64,000 nucleotides of DNA from Pyrinomonadaceae bacterium (GCA_046262295.1 JBHENC010000015.1:16700-80699); one strand, 5' to 3'; shown: positions 28,306-38,305, counted from the stretch's first letter. The notes: generated by a model from the letters alone, not told the origin. Numbers and translations: made by a program.

Positions 28306-29416
28306 TTACGCTGCACGCCGCGAAAGTAAATAAGCTTTGATGAAGTCGTCCAAATCACCGGCGAGCACTGCGTCAACGTCGCCGCGTTCGAGTTTGGTGC
28401 GCGCGTCTTTGACGAGACGATAGGGTGCGAGCACATAGTTGCGTATCTGCGAGCCGAAGGAGATGTCGGCTTTGTTGGCTTCGAGTTCGGCGGTTTCGGC
28501 GTGCCGCTTTTCGAGTTCGAGTTCGTAAAGGCGCGAGCGCAGAACCTGCATCGCAACGGCGCGGTTCTGATGCTGCGACCTTTGGTTCTGGCATTGAACG
28601 ACGATGTTTGTCGGCAAGTGTGTGATGCGCACGGCGGAATCCGTCGTGTTGATATGCTGGCCGCCCGCGCCCGTCGCGCGGTATGTATCAACGCGCAGGT
28701 CTTTGTCCAATATCTCCACTTCGATGTCTTCGTCTATTTCCGGGTAAACGAAGAGCGAGGCGAAAGATGTGTGACGCCGCGACGCCTGATCGAAGGGCGA
28801 GATGCGCACGAGGCGATGCACGCCCGCTTCCGCCGCCAGCAAGCCGTAAGCATATTCGCCTTCAACTCTGAACGTCGCGCTCTTTATGCCCGCTTCATCG
28901 CCGGGTTGATAATCAATCAACTCCGCTTTGAAGCCGCGCGTCTCCGCCCACTTCAAATACATACGCAGCAGCATCTCCGCCCAGTCCTGCGATTCCGTGC
29001 CGCCCGCGCCCGGATGAACCGTGCAGATGGCGTTACGCAGATCGTTTTCGCCCGCGAGCAGCATCTCCGTTTCGGCAACACCGATGTCGTGTTCCAATCT
29101 TTTGATAAGGGCGCGCAATTCCTTCAAAGAATCTTCGTCTTCTTCGGCAAACTCAAAGAGCACGCCCGCGTCGTCAATCGCTTTTTCAAACTCTTCCTGA
29201 CGCGAGATAATTCGTTCGAGGCGGCTGCGCTGCTGTAAAAGTTTTTGCGCCGTCTCCTGATCGTTCCAGAAATCGGGCGCGGCGGCCTGCGCTTCGCTGT
29301 TGCTTAACTCCGTGCGCTTCGCCGCAACATCAAAGAAACCTCCCGACCTGCCCGACGCGCGTGCGCAAGTCTTCGTAAGCTGCGCGCAACTCCTGTGTCG
29401 TTAAAGTCTCAATCAT
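28306..29416 (-). CDS. prfB: Peptide chain release factor 2, with a programmed +1 frameshift
   Basis: Frame 0 reads MIETLTTQELRAAYEDLRTRVGQVGRFL then TGA (29332..29330). The +1 frame continues DVAAKRTELSNSEAQ...LFEFAEEDEDS and joins track ORF 28306..29163. The SPF (RISPFD) and GGQ motifs are present. The shift site is GGGAGG TTT CTT TGA T. Confidence 0.92.
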
Positions 29417-29470
29417 TAAATTAACCTCTCTATGTAAACATTCGTCGAATCGTTTGTAGAATTTAGCGTG

Positions 29471-31291
29471 TTAGCCGATACGTTTTCGTCGCCACGCGGT
29501 CAGCCATAATATTAAGCTAATCGCGGCGCACGCGGCGGCAAAGAGATCGCCGTGCCGTGTATAAAATGTTTGCGCGCCGTCGCTGCGATGAATTGCCCAC
29601 GTTCGCGCGTCGGGTTGAAAACTAGCGGTCGCATCTTTGACCGCGCCGTGTTCCGTGATGTACGCCGTCGTGCCTGTGTTGGTGACACGCAGCACGGGGC
29701 GATTATTTTCAACGGCGCGAAAAACGGCGTTCGCTAAGTGCTGCCGGATTACGGGTGTCGGCCCCAGATAGCCGTCGTTTGAAATGTTAATGAGCACGTC
29801 CGCGCCGTTCAACGCAAAGTGTCTCGCAATACTTGGAAACGCCGACTCGAAACAGATAAAGACTCCACTGCGAACATCGTTGCCAAGCGGCATCAACGGA
29901 TACTCCACACCCGGCGTAAAATCTCCGACCATCGCCGGAATCATATTCACGCCCGGCAACCAGCGCGGCAACGGCACATACTCGCCAAACGGCAACAACC
30001 GAATCTTATCATACTGCGCAATGAGCCGACCTTCTTGGTTCACCAGCACCGCCGCATTATACGCGCCATTTGCCGGAGCAGGCTCAAGCGAATTAAAGAG
30101 CACCGAAGCATGATTGCGACGCGCAAAATCCGCGACAAACTCACGAAACTCCGTGTCCCGCGTATACTGAAAATTCATCGGCGACTCAGGCCAGACGACG
30201 ACGCGCGGAATGTCTAGAGCTTTGCGTGGAACAACATCGCCCTGTGGTTCATCTCGTCTACCATTAGGATTTTTTGACTCTATTGTGCGTAAATTCTTTT
30301 CGGCGTCCTGTGTTTCATCATCCCACCACCGCAATGCGCTCTCACTCAAAGAGCGATGCCGCTCGATTAGCCTTTGCGATTCTATTAGCGATTCTATTCG
30401 CTCCATCGGTACATTCGGTTGTATAGCAAATACGACAGCGTCACGCTTTACGTCTGATGATGGCGCTAAGGATGTATTCCATAGATAAGGCAGGAGAGCG
30501 AGTATCATTACGAAGGCCACACTAAATATTACCAAGAGCGAAACGCGCACATCTTTTCGTAGCCATGTATATGCTATAGCAACGTTCACGGTCACAATCA
30601 AAAATCCAACCGCATATACGCCGCCCCAGCGCGCCACTTGTATCAAGAAGGGTTGATACGCCTGCGAGTAGCCGACGGCGTTCCAGAGTTGGCCGGTCAC
30701 GCCGAGACGCGCCCACTCGAATGTCGTCCACAGAAAGGGCGCGGCGAACAGCGCGCTCTCTCCCCATCGCCGGATCATGCGCGCGAGTGCAGCGCAGCAG
30801 AGGGCAGGGAAGAGGCCGACGATCAACGTGATGGGCAGCAGTAGAAAATAGGCGATGGGCGCGGGGATGCCGCCGTAACGAATCGGCGAGTAGGTGAGCC
30901 AGTAGCATGAGCCGTAAAAATAGAATGTGCCTGCGAGCCAGCCGAGCAGGAAACTGCTTTTCGTTTGCGGCCTGCGCGTGATGGCGGCGAAGAGCGGAAC
31001 GAACGCGAGCCACGCCAGCGGCCAGAGATTGAAATCAGGAAAGGCCAGCACTAGCAGCAACACCGTGAACACGGCCAATCCTGTTTCGGAAAGCGTCGGC
31101 AGATTTGCCGCAACCCCGGCATATATGCGCCCGCGTCCCGCACGTTGTCTTTCGCCGGGCACTACTTCACGCGCCGTCGTCACATTATGCATGAAAGAAA
31201 TATTATCAAATTGGCGGATGGGCGCGCGACTTGGTAAACCCTTTTGACTGAAATAGTTTATTTTGAGGGATGATTCGACAGAAAGCGTCAC
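29471..31291 (-). CDS. lnt: Apolipoprotein N-acyltransferase Lnt
   Basis: Multi-TM N-terminal domain plus a CN-hydrolase domain (VVWPES, GVFICFESAF). The start is uncertain (31291, or the internal MHNVTT). Confidence 0.8.
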   Translation of the reverse strand: MTLSVESSLKINYFSQKGLPSRAPIRQFDNISFMHNVTTAREVVPGERQRAGRGRIYAGVAANLPTLSETGLAVFTVLLLVLAFPDFNLWPLAWLAFVPLFAAITRRPQTKSSFLLGWLAGTFYFYGSCYWLTYSPIRYGGIPAPIAYFLLLPITLIVGLFPALCCAALARMIRRWGESALFAAPFLWTTFEWARLGVTGQLWNAVGYSQAYQPFLIQVARWGGVYAVGFLIVTVNVAIAYTWLRKDVRVSLLVIFSVAFVMILALLPYLWNTSLAPSSDVKRDAVVFAIQPNVPMERIESLIESQRLIERHRSLSESALRWWDDETQDAEKNLRTIESKNPNGRRDEPQGDVVPRKALDIPRVVVWPESPMNFQYTRDTEFREFVADFARRNHASVLFNSLEPAPANGAYNAAVLVNQEGRLIAQYDKIRLLPFGEYVPLPRWLPGVNMIPAMVGDFTPGVEYPLMPLGNDVRSGVFICFESAFPSIARHFALNGADVLINISNDGYLGPTPVIRQHLANAVFRAVENNRPVLRVTNTGTTAYITEHGAVKDATASFQPDARTWAIHRSDGAQTFYTRHGDLFAAACAAISLILWLTAWRRKRIG

Positions 31292-31440
31292 CGCTGGAGT
31301 GACAAATTTCGTCTCCCGACCTTTTCATGACGTGCGCTTCTTTTCTCCAAAGATGGGAAGGCGTTTTAACGAGACGGAGGATTGAGGCGCGAGGAATCGA
31401 AAAAAAGCCGGTACAATAAAAAAGTCCCGTAAAAGAGGGC

Positions 31441-31466
31441 GAACCCGGCCATTTCTGACCGGGTTC
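31441..31466 (-). terminator. Hairpin with a T-rich trail on the minus strand
   Basis: gaacccgg (31441..31448) pairs with ccgggttc (31459..31466). On the minus strand it is followed by a T-rich sequence (...cttttac...acttttttatt...ggcttttttt). Confidence 0.4.
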
Positions 31467-31672
31467 TCGTTTCGGAAAGTTTAACTGAAGAATGCGCGGC
31501 GGGCGGTTGGCAAAAGCGGCAGGCTTTCGCTCAGAGAAGTGATGGCGGCGGGGTCACGTTTCATCCGTGCTGGCCGATAATGTATACAGCACTTCGCGTG
31601 CCACAGAAATAATTTTCTGGAAGTGGGCGTCGGTTAGTGATGAAGGAAATCGCCGTGTGGCGCGCCGAGAGG

Positions 31673-31909
31673 TTACGGAAACATGGGAGACGCGGCGGCG
31701 GGCGACGCATTTTCCGGTGGCTTCGGGAGGTTTGATTTCATCGTTACACGTCCGACCCAGAGACCTATCGCAAAGAATATGGCGGCGATGATGAGCGCGC
31801 CCAGAAGCAGCACGGCGGGGCGGCGTTCGTCGCGGCTAAACTCCGCAAAGGCAGAGTGGCGCGTTGCCGGGTCAGTTCGTGCTTTCTGTTTTTGCGTCTC
31901 CGTTGACAT
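31673..31909 (-). CDS. Hypothetical single-pass membrane protein
   Basis: MSTETQKQKARTD... with TM segment AVLLLGALIIAAIFFAIGLWVG. It lies on the same strand immediately after the NfeD-like gene. Confidence 0.4.
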   Translation of the reverse strand: MSTETQKQKARTDPATRHSAFAEFSRDERRPAVLLLGALIIAAIFFAIGLWVGRVTMKSNLPKPPENASPAAASPMFP

Positions 31910-31987
31910 AGCTACGGGAAAAGTTTTGAATCCGCCGAACGCTTGTGGCGAACGCCGGGAGAATGACGCCTGCGATGGACACAAGGT

Positions 31988-32314
31988 TTAATCCACCCAC
32001 TCGACTTCGAGCAGATGCCCGCTCGTCCCAACAATGCGAACACGTTTGCCGCGTTCGGCAATCAAGCCTTGACTTATACTATGATGTGAAAGCCGCGCCC
32101 GCCACAGCTCGCCGCGCGCCAGCACCGCGCCTTCCGGCGATAAGGCTTCTTCGACCAGCGCAATTGTTCCCATCAACTCAATCTCGCCCGTCGCCGCCTT
32201 TTTATGGCGCGATGCGAAGACCGCCACCGTAACCGCGAACAGGATGATAACTACGATGAGAGCGATGCACGGCAGCAGAGCATTGAAAGCAACCGGCATG
32301 GTCAAGAGAAACAC
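31988..32314 (-). CDS. NfeD-like membrane protein (C-terminal OB fold)
   Basis: 108 aa with an N-terminal TM segment followed by GAVLARGELWRARL...GKRVRIVGTSGHLLEVE. Confidence 0.65.
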   Translation of the reverse strand: MFLLTMPVAFNALLPCIALIVVIILFAVTVAVFASRHKKAATGEIELMGTIALVEEALSPEGAVLARGELWRARLSHHSISQGLIAERGKRVRIVGTSGHLLEVEWVD

Positions 32315-32483
32315 ACAGGCGTTTGATATATGCGCTCCCGTCTTTGACGAAACGCGCGCAGTTTAGCATGAAGCGGTGCTCGCACAATCGGCAAACCGAA
32401 TTTGCTGCGGGGATGAAACTTCAAACGGGCGGCGCGACTGAATCCGTTGGCTGTGCGCCGCGCTTGAAGCAATCGTTGAAATG

Positions 32484-34241
32484 CTATTTGCCGCCGGTCT
32501 CCACCTGACGTTGCAGCGCGATGGCGTCTTGATTGGCGGCGTCAATTTGCACCGCATTACGCGCATAGCTGACGGCTTGCGCGCGGTCGCCGCGTTCAAG
32601 AAAGATGCGTCCCAGAAGAATGTGCGCGTCAATCATCTTCGCGTCCCAGAAAATGGCTGTTTTAAGCGCGCTGATGGCCGCTTCCGGGTCGCCGTGCCGC
32701 CCGTTGATGCGTCCTATCAAAAGATACGCTTCGGCATTCATCGGCTCGACTGTGACGACGCGGCGCAGTTCCGCGAGTGCTTCGTCGTCGCGTCCCGCCG
32801 TGTAAAATTCGCGCGCTTTCGCCAGCAAATCCTGCGTGTTGGCGACGCTTGCTTCGACGGGCTTTTGCTTGTTCAAATCCAACAGATCGCTGCGATTAAA
32901 GGCTTGGCGTAGCCGAAGCGGAACCATCATTGCCGTCTGCGACTTTTGCCAGTCCGTCTGCCACTTGGCGTAGAGCGCAAGATAGCGGCGCGCTTGATCG
33001 TCGGCAGCGGCGGCGGCTTCTTTGCTGCCGGTTCGTTCCAGCGACTTAGCATAGAGAAAATAGGCTTGCCCGTCGCGCGGGTCAGCCGTGATAACGGGAC
33101 GCAGTTGCGCGGCTGCCTCCGCCGCTTTGCCGTTAAGGAAAAGAGCGTAAGCGTAATTAAAGCGCACGGTCGGATCGTCGGGCGCGGATTCGGAAGCGCG
33201 CGAGAGAAAAGTTAAGCCCTGTTGTAACAGGCGCGATTGGTCGGCAGGTTTTTTCGCTTCGCGCGCGGCTTGCACGGCAAGCGCCCCGGCGTTGTTCCAG
33301 ACCGCCGTCAAAGGCAGATCGGCGGAGAGCGGCACGATAGCTTCGAGCGCGCGCTCCAGATTATTCAAACGCCAGTAACTAAGGCTCGCGTAAAAGGCCG
33401 CTTCCGCATAATGCGGGTCTTTCTTTTGCAGCTTGGAGAAAAACTCTGCGGCCTGCGACCAGTTGCTCTGCGCGAAATAGAAGCGGCCAAGCTCAAAGGC
33501 GGCCTGCGCATAAGTCGCGCCCGGATTGGCTTCGGCGTAAAAGCGCGCCGCGTTCTTCAGATAGTTGGCGCGCGTTTCGGAACGCTCGTCAAGCTGTGCG
33601 CCTTTGACGTAAGCCTCGAAAGCTTTCTGCGGAACTTTCGTCGCCTGCTGCACGAATTGATTTTGCGAAAACGGCAAAGCCTTGTCGCGTTGATAAAGTA
33701 CCTGATAAGCGAGCCGTCCCTGCATCGTCTGCAAGGTAGTGAGCGCGCCGCCGAAATCATACTCGCGCGTCGCCCATCTTCCATCCGGCATCACTTCGCC
33801 CATCAAACGACCTTCGTTGACTTTGATAACGCGCGCCGTACCCTGCAAAGATGCGAGCGCGCCGTTCTGCGGCGGTTCGACATTATATGTGCCGAGAATA
33901 ATCATCGTCGCGTGAGCTTCGCGCGCGAGCTTAATCGCGGTGGCGCGCGAGGGCAGCGTCGTTAAAGGAATCCGCACGCGCTGGTACGCGATTTCGCGTT
34001 CGTCGCTGGAGACGACCGAGAGGCCGGGCAGATTCAGCAAATCCGAGAGCGAATCCGCAAAACTTTCGCCTACCCAGTTATATTCCGGGCGGTTCGATCT
34101 GTTCTCAAACGGCAAGACCATCACCACGTCGGCGGATGTTTGTGCCTGCGCTCGCACAGAACTTGCGGGCGCAAATAAGAGAAGCGCGGCGAGCGAAAGA
34201 AGAATTGCGTTTAATCGAAGAATAAAGCCTTTGATAATCAT
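32484..34241 (-). CDS. Secreted TPR-repeat protein
   Basis: 585 aa with a signal peptide, then an N-terminal VMVLPFENRSNRPEYNWVGESFADSL module followed by multiple TPR-like repeats. Confidence 0.75.
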   Translation of the reverse strand: MIIKGFILRLNAILLSLAALLLFAPASSVRAQAQTSADVVMVLPFENRSNRPEYNWVGESFADSLSDLLNLPGLSVVSSDEREIAYQRVRIPLTTLPSRATAIKLAREAHATMIILGTYNVEPPQNGALASLQGTARVIKVNEGRLMGEVMPDGRWATREYDFGGALTTLQTMQGRLAYQVLYQRDKALPFSQNQFVQQATKVPQKAFEAYVKGAQLDERSETRANYLKNAARFYAEANPGATYAQAAFELGRFYFAQSNWSQAAEFFSKLQKKDPHYAEAAFYASLSYWRLNNLERALEAIVPLSADLPLTAVWNNAGALAVQAAREAKKPADQSRLLQQGLTFLSRASESAPDDPTVRFNYAYALFLNGKAAEAAAQLRPVITADPRDGQAYFLYAKSLERTGSKEAAAAADDQARRYLALYAKWQTDWQKSQTAMMVPLRLRQAFNRSDLLDLNKQKPVEASVANTQDLLAKAREFYTAGRDDEALAELRRVVTVEPMNAEAYLLIGRINGRHGDPEAAISALKTAIFWDAKMIDAHILLGRIFLERGDRAQAVSYARNAVQIDAANQDAIALQRQVETGGK

Positions 34242-34271
34242 TATGTAAAATTCCCTTTGAAAGCAGCAGCG

Positions 34272-34339
34272 AAAAAGCTGCGCGGCGCTCTTTCTGTGTG
34301 TCGTGCTAAATACGCACGGCGAGCGGCGGCAGCTTTTTT
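34272..34339 (-). terminator. Long imperfect hairpin flanked by A5/T6 runs, downstream of tRNA-Glu
   Basis: aaaaagctgcgcggcgctc pairs with gagcggcggcagctttttt. On the minus strand the stem is followed by TTTTT. It ends 30 nt before the TPR gene ATG at 34241. Confidence 0.5.
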
Positions 34340-34381
34340 ATCTCGCGCAAACGAGCGTTGAAAATCTCTGGCTGTAATTAG

Positions 34382-34457
<76 letters not shown>

Positions 34458-34653
34458 GTGTTGCGGTCGTTGCTTGCATCAAAGCGAAGCAAAGTACCGT
34501 ACATCAAAGCCTTGTGTCAACCGCCGGTAAATCTCGCGCGCCGCCGCGCACTTCGTCTTTGATGCCGCCGTGTGCGCGTGCGGTTGTCGAAAAAGCGCCC
34601 GCCCGCGCCGAAAAAGTTCTATAATCGGAACAAAAACAAAGGAGACGCCGGAA

Positions 34654-34902
34654 ATGGCTAGAGGATGGGAAAGCAAAGCGGTCGCCGATCAAATGGAGCA
34701 ACAGCAGGAGCGCGCGTTATTGAAGGCCACGCCGCACGAAACCTCCCCCGCCGTCCGCGCCCGCCACGAACGCCTCGAAACCCTGCGCCTCTCGCGCACC
34801 CGCACCCTCACCCAACTCGAACGCGCCACCCGCCACGCCCACCGCGAAATGCTCACCCGCACTTTGCGTGCTCTCGAAGCGGAGATTGAAGATTTAAGCT
34901 AA
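34654..34902 (+). CDS. Small conserved-looking protein starting MARGWESK (82 aa, helical, Arg/Glu-rich)
   Basis: AAGGAGA ribosome-binding site before ATG 34654. The track ORF begins earlier (34570) with an implausible Cys/Arg-rich extension. Confidence 0.55.
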   Translation: MARGWESKAVADQMEQQQERALLKATPHETSPAVRARHERLETLRLSRTRTLTQLERATRHAHREMLTRTLRALEAEIEDLS

Positions 34903-34964
34903 GCCTTGCCCTAAAATTATTTGTTCGGGAACAACTCTGTATGATGAGTGTCTAAAGCTAAAGG

Positions 34965-35525
34965 ATGATTCTTATGCGACGAGTAATAATGTGGCTTCTT
35001 ATTGCGCTATGCACTTTCACGCTCGGTATGGGAGCAACTTTGCTTTGGATTGAGTCTCGTCGTCCGGTTGTTCAAAGCTTAGGTGCTCCGCCTTGCATTC
35101 GCCCGCCTTTCTACGAAAGCATCTCAACACCTTGTGTTGGCACTGATTTCTCTGCTCTAGCAGATATACCTAATCCCAGCTTTTGTGAACTGGTAAATAA
35201 TGCTGATTTCTATAATGGCAAGATCGTCCGTGTAAGTGCAAGATATGGCGGGAATATACATGGCGTTCAACTCTTTAACACAAGCTGTTCCCGTAGAGAT
35301 ACGCAAACCTATGTATTCTTCCATCCGGCAATGGCTGAAGATATGTTACAAGATTTCAATCGTGTAAGAGGAGCAGGTTCGCTTAATTGGTGGATACCAC
35401 TCGACATAACTGTGATTGGGAAATTCAATAAGGTCACTCCGTCGGAAAGCAGCGATGCTATCGTGGCTATCGCTCCGCTTCAGTTTGAAATAATGCGTAT
35501 TGAAAAAGTCTCCAAGGTAGATTAA
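34965..35525 (+). CDS. Hypothetical membrane-anchored protein (186 aa)
   Basis: N-terminal TM segment (IMWLLIALCTFTLGMGATLLWI). Markedly AT-richer than neighbouring genes. No family recognised. Confidence 0.5.
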   Translation: MILMRRVIMWLLIALCTFTLGMGATLLWIESRRPVVQSLGAPPCIRPPFYESISTPCVGTDFSALADIPNPSFCELVNNADFYNGKIVRVSARYGGNIHGVQLFNTSCSRRDTQTYVFFHPAMAEDMLQDFNRVRGAGSLNWWIPLDITVIGKFNKVTPSESSDAIVAIAPLQFEIMRIEKVSKVD

Positions 35526-35576
35526 ATAACCCTGCTCTTAAATAACAATGTTCGGAGCTATAGTTTTGTTACGTCG

Positions 35577-35921
35577 TCACTCAGCGCAAAATCCTGAAGC
35601 GGCATCTGTTTTCATTCCAGCGAGCAAGCCTTCCATGTGTTGGCGGGCTTTCCATGCGCCGGTGCGTGTGGCGGAGGCGACGCCGTTTGTCCATGCGCGG
35701 CGGGCTTCGTCCGTGTGGCCTGCGTTTGCGAGCGCCGTGCCGAGCATCTGGTAGGCGGCGGTGTAGTCCGGGTTGATGCGTATGACGTTGCGGAGAGATT
35801 CGACGGCATCATTCCAGCGTTCGAGTTTGGTGTATTCGGTGGCGAGGCCGTAGTGTATGAGCGCATCGTCGGGTTGATCGCGCGCCATCGTTTCAAAGAC
35901 TTCGATTCTGGATTGTGCCAT
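35577..35921 (-). CDS. Small TPR-repeat protein
   Basis: 114 aa with TPR-like helices (ALIHYGLATEYTKLERWNDAVESLRNVIRINPDYTAAYQMLGTALANAG). Confidence 0.6.
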   Translation of the reverse strand: MAQSRIEVFETMARDQPDDALIHYGLATEYTKLERWNDAVESLRNVIRINPDYTAAYQMLGTALANAGHTDEARRAWTNGVASATRTGAWKARQHMEGLLAGMKTDAASGFCAE

Positions 35922-35994
35922 TTCTTCAAAAACCTTTCATGTGTCGTGACGCTTGCCGGTAAAATGCCGGATACTTCAATTATCTATTCGCATC

Positions 35995-36791
35995 TTAAAA
36001 CAAAAGTTCGCCGCGCATGACGGTCACGGCTTGCCCGCCTAAGTGTACGCGATCCGCTTCGACGCGGACGCGAACCGTGCCGCCGCGTGCGCTTAGTTGG
36101 CGAGCCGTAAATGTGTCTTTGCCGAGACGTTCTTGCCAGAACGGGCCGAGGCAGCAGTGCGCGGAGCCGGTCACGGGGTCTTCGTCAATGCCCGATCCGG
36201 GCGCGAAGAAACGCGAAACGAAATCAAACTCGCCGCCGTCCGCGCGACTCGTGACGATACGCCGCGCACGGGAAGTTTTCCGAGCAGCGAAAAGTTCGGT
36301 TGCAGCGCCGCGACACGCGCTTCGCTCTCGACTTCGACAATATAATCGAATTGATTTTTGCCGACATATAGGGACGTCGCTTCGATGCCTAAAGCTTCCA
36401 GCAAACTGGCGGGCGTGTCAGTTGCTTGCGCGCGCTTGGCGGGGAAATCGAGTTCGATCCATTCGCCGCTGCGCGTCGCCGTGAGCAATCCGCTCAAGGT
36501 GTGAAAGCGCGCCTGCGTGTTGGGCGGCAAGTGTCCGGCTTCCCACAACACGTGCGCGCTGGCGAGCGTCGCGTGGCCGCAGAGTTCGACTTCGATTGAT
36601 GGCGTGAACCAGCGCAGGCTGTAACCGTCTATTTGCTGTTGCAGAAAGGCCGTCTCCGATAAATTCATTTCGCGCGCCACCGCCTGCATCCATTCATCGT
36701 CGCGCGCTTCGGGCAGAAGGCAGACGGCCGCCGGATTGCCGCCGAAAGGCCTGTCCGTAAAGGCGTCAACCTGCGTGATGATTAGTCTCAA
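35995..36791 (-). pseudogene. PhzF-family isomerase, single-base frame disruption near 36255-36265
   Basis: Track ORF 36171..36791 is PhzF-like up to ...LLGKLPVRG and then becomes nonsense. Shifting the frame by one base restores VTSRADGGEFDFVSRFFAPGSGIDEDPVTGSAHCCLGPFWQERLGKDTFTARQLSARGGTVRVRVEADRVHLGGQAVTVMRGELLF, with the stop at 35995. TTG start with an AAGGAG ribosome-binding site. Confidence 0.75.
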
Positions 36792-36836
36792 TATGCTTCT
36801 CCTTAACTCCTTACGAAAAGTTCGAGTGAAGAGGTT

Positions 36837-37193
36837 TTACGAATTCCAGAAAGCATTAGTAATGATGCGCTTCGCTTCGTCGCCGCTCAGATCGCCATTG
36901 ATTATTTTGCGGGCAATCGTGTCCTCGTAATTTGCCGCACCCGCCGTTGTGCGAAGCGCAGCCTGCTCGGGCGTGATGCCGTAAGCTTCGAGCCTCGCGG
37001 CGTCCGTCGCGCTACGGCATCCGGCGCGCAGCCAATCGTTAATCTCTTCTTCGTCTTCAAAGCCCGCCGCAATCCATTGCCGTGCTGCCGCTTCAATTGT
37101 ATTTCCGTTCAGCGCCGCTGCGCCGTGAAGACTCAAAACTTCGCCGATGCGTCGAAGCGTCATCCCGGCCTCATCATCGCCCTCGTTTGTCAT
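36837..37193 (-). CDS. Hypothetical acidic helical protein (118 aa)
   Basis: ORF with an internal repeat-like pattern (RQWIAAGF / NDWLRAGC / ARLEAYGI). No family recognised. Confidence 0.4.
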   Translation of the reverse strand: MTNEGDDEAGMTLRRIGEVLSLHGAAALNGNTIEAAARQWIAAGFEDEEEINDWLRAGCRSATDAARLEAYGITPEQAALRTTAGAANYEDTIARKIINGDLSGDEAKRIITNAFWNS

Positions 37194-37214
37194 ACGCCAT
37201 CCTCATTTGCCGAC

Positions 37215-37223
37215 ATGATATAA
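37215..37223 (+). promoter_or_regulatory. Extended -10 promoter candidate (TGaTATAAT) upstream of the MOSC gene
   Basis: tgatataat lies 76 nt upstream of ATG 37299. No convincing -35 element was seen. Confidence 0.3.
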
Positions 37224-37298
37224 TGATTTTACCTTATCGAAATTAATAGTTCACCACGCGCCGCTAATCTATTCGACGCGCGACATCTTTTTGATTTA

Positions 37299-37778
37299 AT
37301 GACACGCAACGGTACTGAAGGCCGCATCTTTCAATTGAACTGTTCGCAGGGCGGCGTGCCGAAGCTCCCTGTCATCGAAGCTCTCTTAACGCCGACAGGT
37401 CTCGTTTGCGACAGGCAAGAGCATACGCGCTTTCACGGCGGGGTGCAGCGCGCCCTGTGTTTGTATGCCATCGAATTAATACGCGAGTTGCAGGCGGAAG
37501 GCCATCCGATTGCACCGGGCACGACGGGCGAGAACGTCACCATCGAGCACCTTGATTGGAGTTTGTTGAAGCCCGGAAGCCGTCTCGCGTTAGGCACAGA
37601 AGTGTTAATCGAAATCAGCAGCTACACAGTGCCTTGCAAACAGATCGCCGCATCATTCACAGGCGGCGCATTCAATCGCATCGCGCAGACGAAGCATCCC
37701 GGCAACGCGAGGCTTTACGCGCGTGTGCTTCGCACAGGAGTCTTGCGCGCGGGCGAAGTCGTGCGCGTGCTTGATTAG
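37299..37778 (+). CDS. MOSC domain protein
   Basis: 159 aa with FHGGVQRALCLY, GENVTI and PCKQIA motifs typical of the MOSC beta-barrel. Confidence 0.75.
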   Translation: MTRNGTEGRIFQLNCSQGGVPKLPVIEALLTPTGLVCDRQEHTRFHGGVQRALCLYAIELIRELQAEGHPIAPGTTGENVTIEHLDWSLLKPGSRLALGTEVLIEISSYTVPCKQIAASFTGGAFNRIAQTKHPGNARLYARVLRTGVLRAGEVVRVLD

Positions 37779-37889
37779 CGCGCCTGTTACAAACATGAGT
37801 TCCACGTGATACCGTGCGGTAATCGAATGCGCCGTATCGTGAATTGAGTATGATTCTGCTAAAATTGAACGACGCGAAAAGGAGATAAT

Positions 37890-38168
37890 ATGAAGGCTAT
37901 CTGGCACGGCGAGGTGATCGCCGAAAGCGACCAAACCATTATCGTCGAAGGCAACCACTATTTTCCGCAAGACTCCGTCAAACGCGAATTCTTGCACGAA
38001 AGCGCGACGCATTCGACGTGTCCCTGGAAAGGCTTGGCGAGTTATTACGATGTGATAGTCAACGGCGAAACGAACAAAGACGCCGCGTGGTTTTATCCCG
38101 CGCCGAAAAAGGCCGCGCAGAATATCGCCGACCATGTGGCCTTCTGGAAGGGCGTTACCGTCGAGTGA
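37890..38168 (+). CDS. DUF427 domain protein
   Basis: 92 aa with VEGNHYFP...TCPWKGLASYYDV...AAWFYP, and an AAGGAG ribosome-binding site. Confidence 0.8.
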   Translation: MKAIWHGEVIAESDQTIIVEGNHYFPQDSVKREFLHESATHSTCPWKGLASYYDVIVNGETNKDAAWFYPAPKKAAQNIADHVAFWKGVTVE

Positions 38169-38305
38169 TTTCGACGAATAATTTTAACGGGGGTGACGGC
38201 CCGGAAGATAATTCTAAGCAGTCATTATCGCGCATGGATTTTTAATCGCGGCATTGCCGGGAATTGAAACTCCGGCGCAATGATTTACGAAACAGGAAGA
38301 GGATC

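Noticed and set aside
34799-34840. C-run-rich tract (CCC-N3-CCC-N3-CCC-N15-CCC-N6-CCC) inside the small MARGWESK gene. It is a potential G-quadruplex on the opposite strand.
   Set aside because: It requires a 15-nt loop and lies in coding sequence whose Arg/Thr/His-rich composition explains the bias. There is no independent support.
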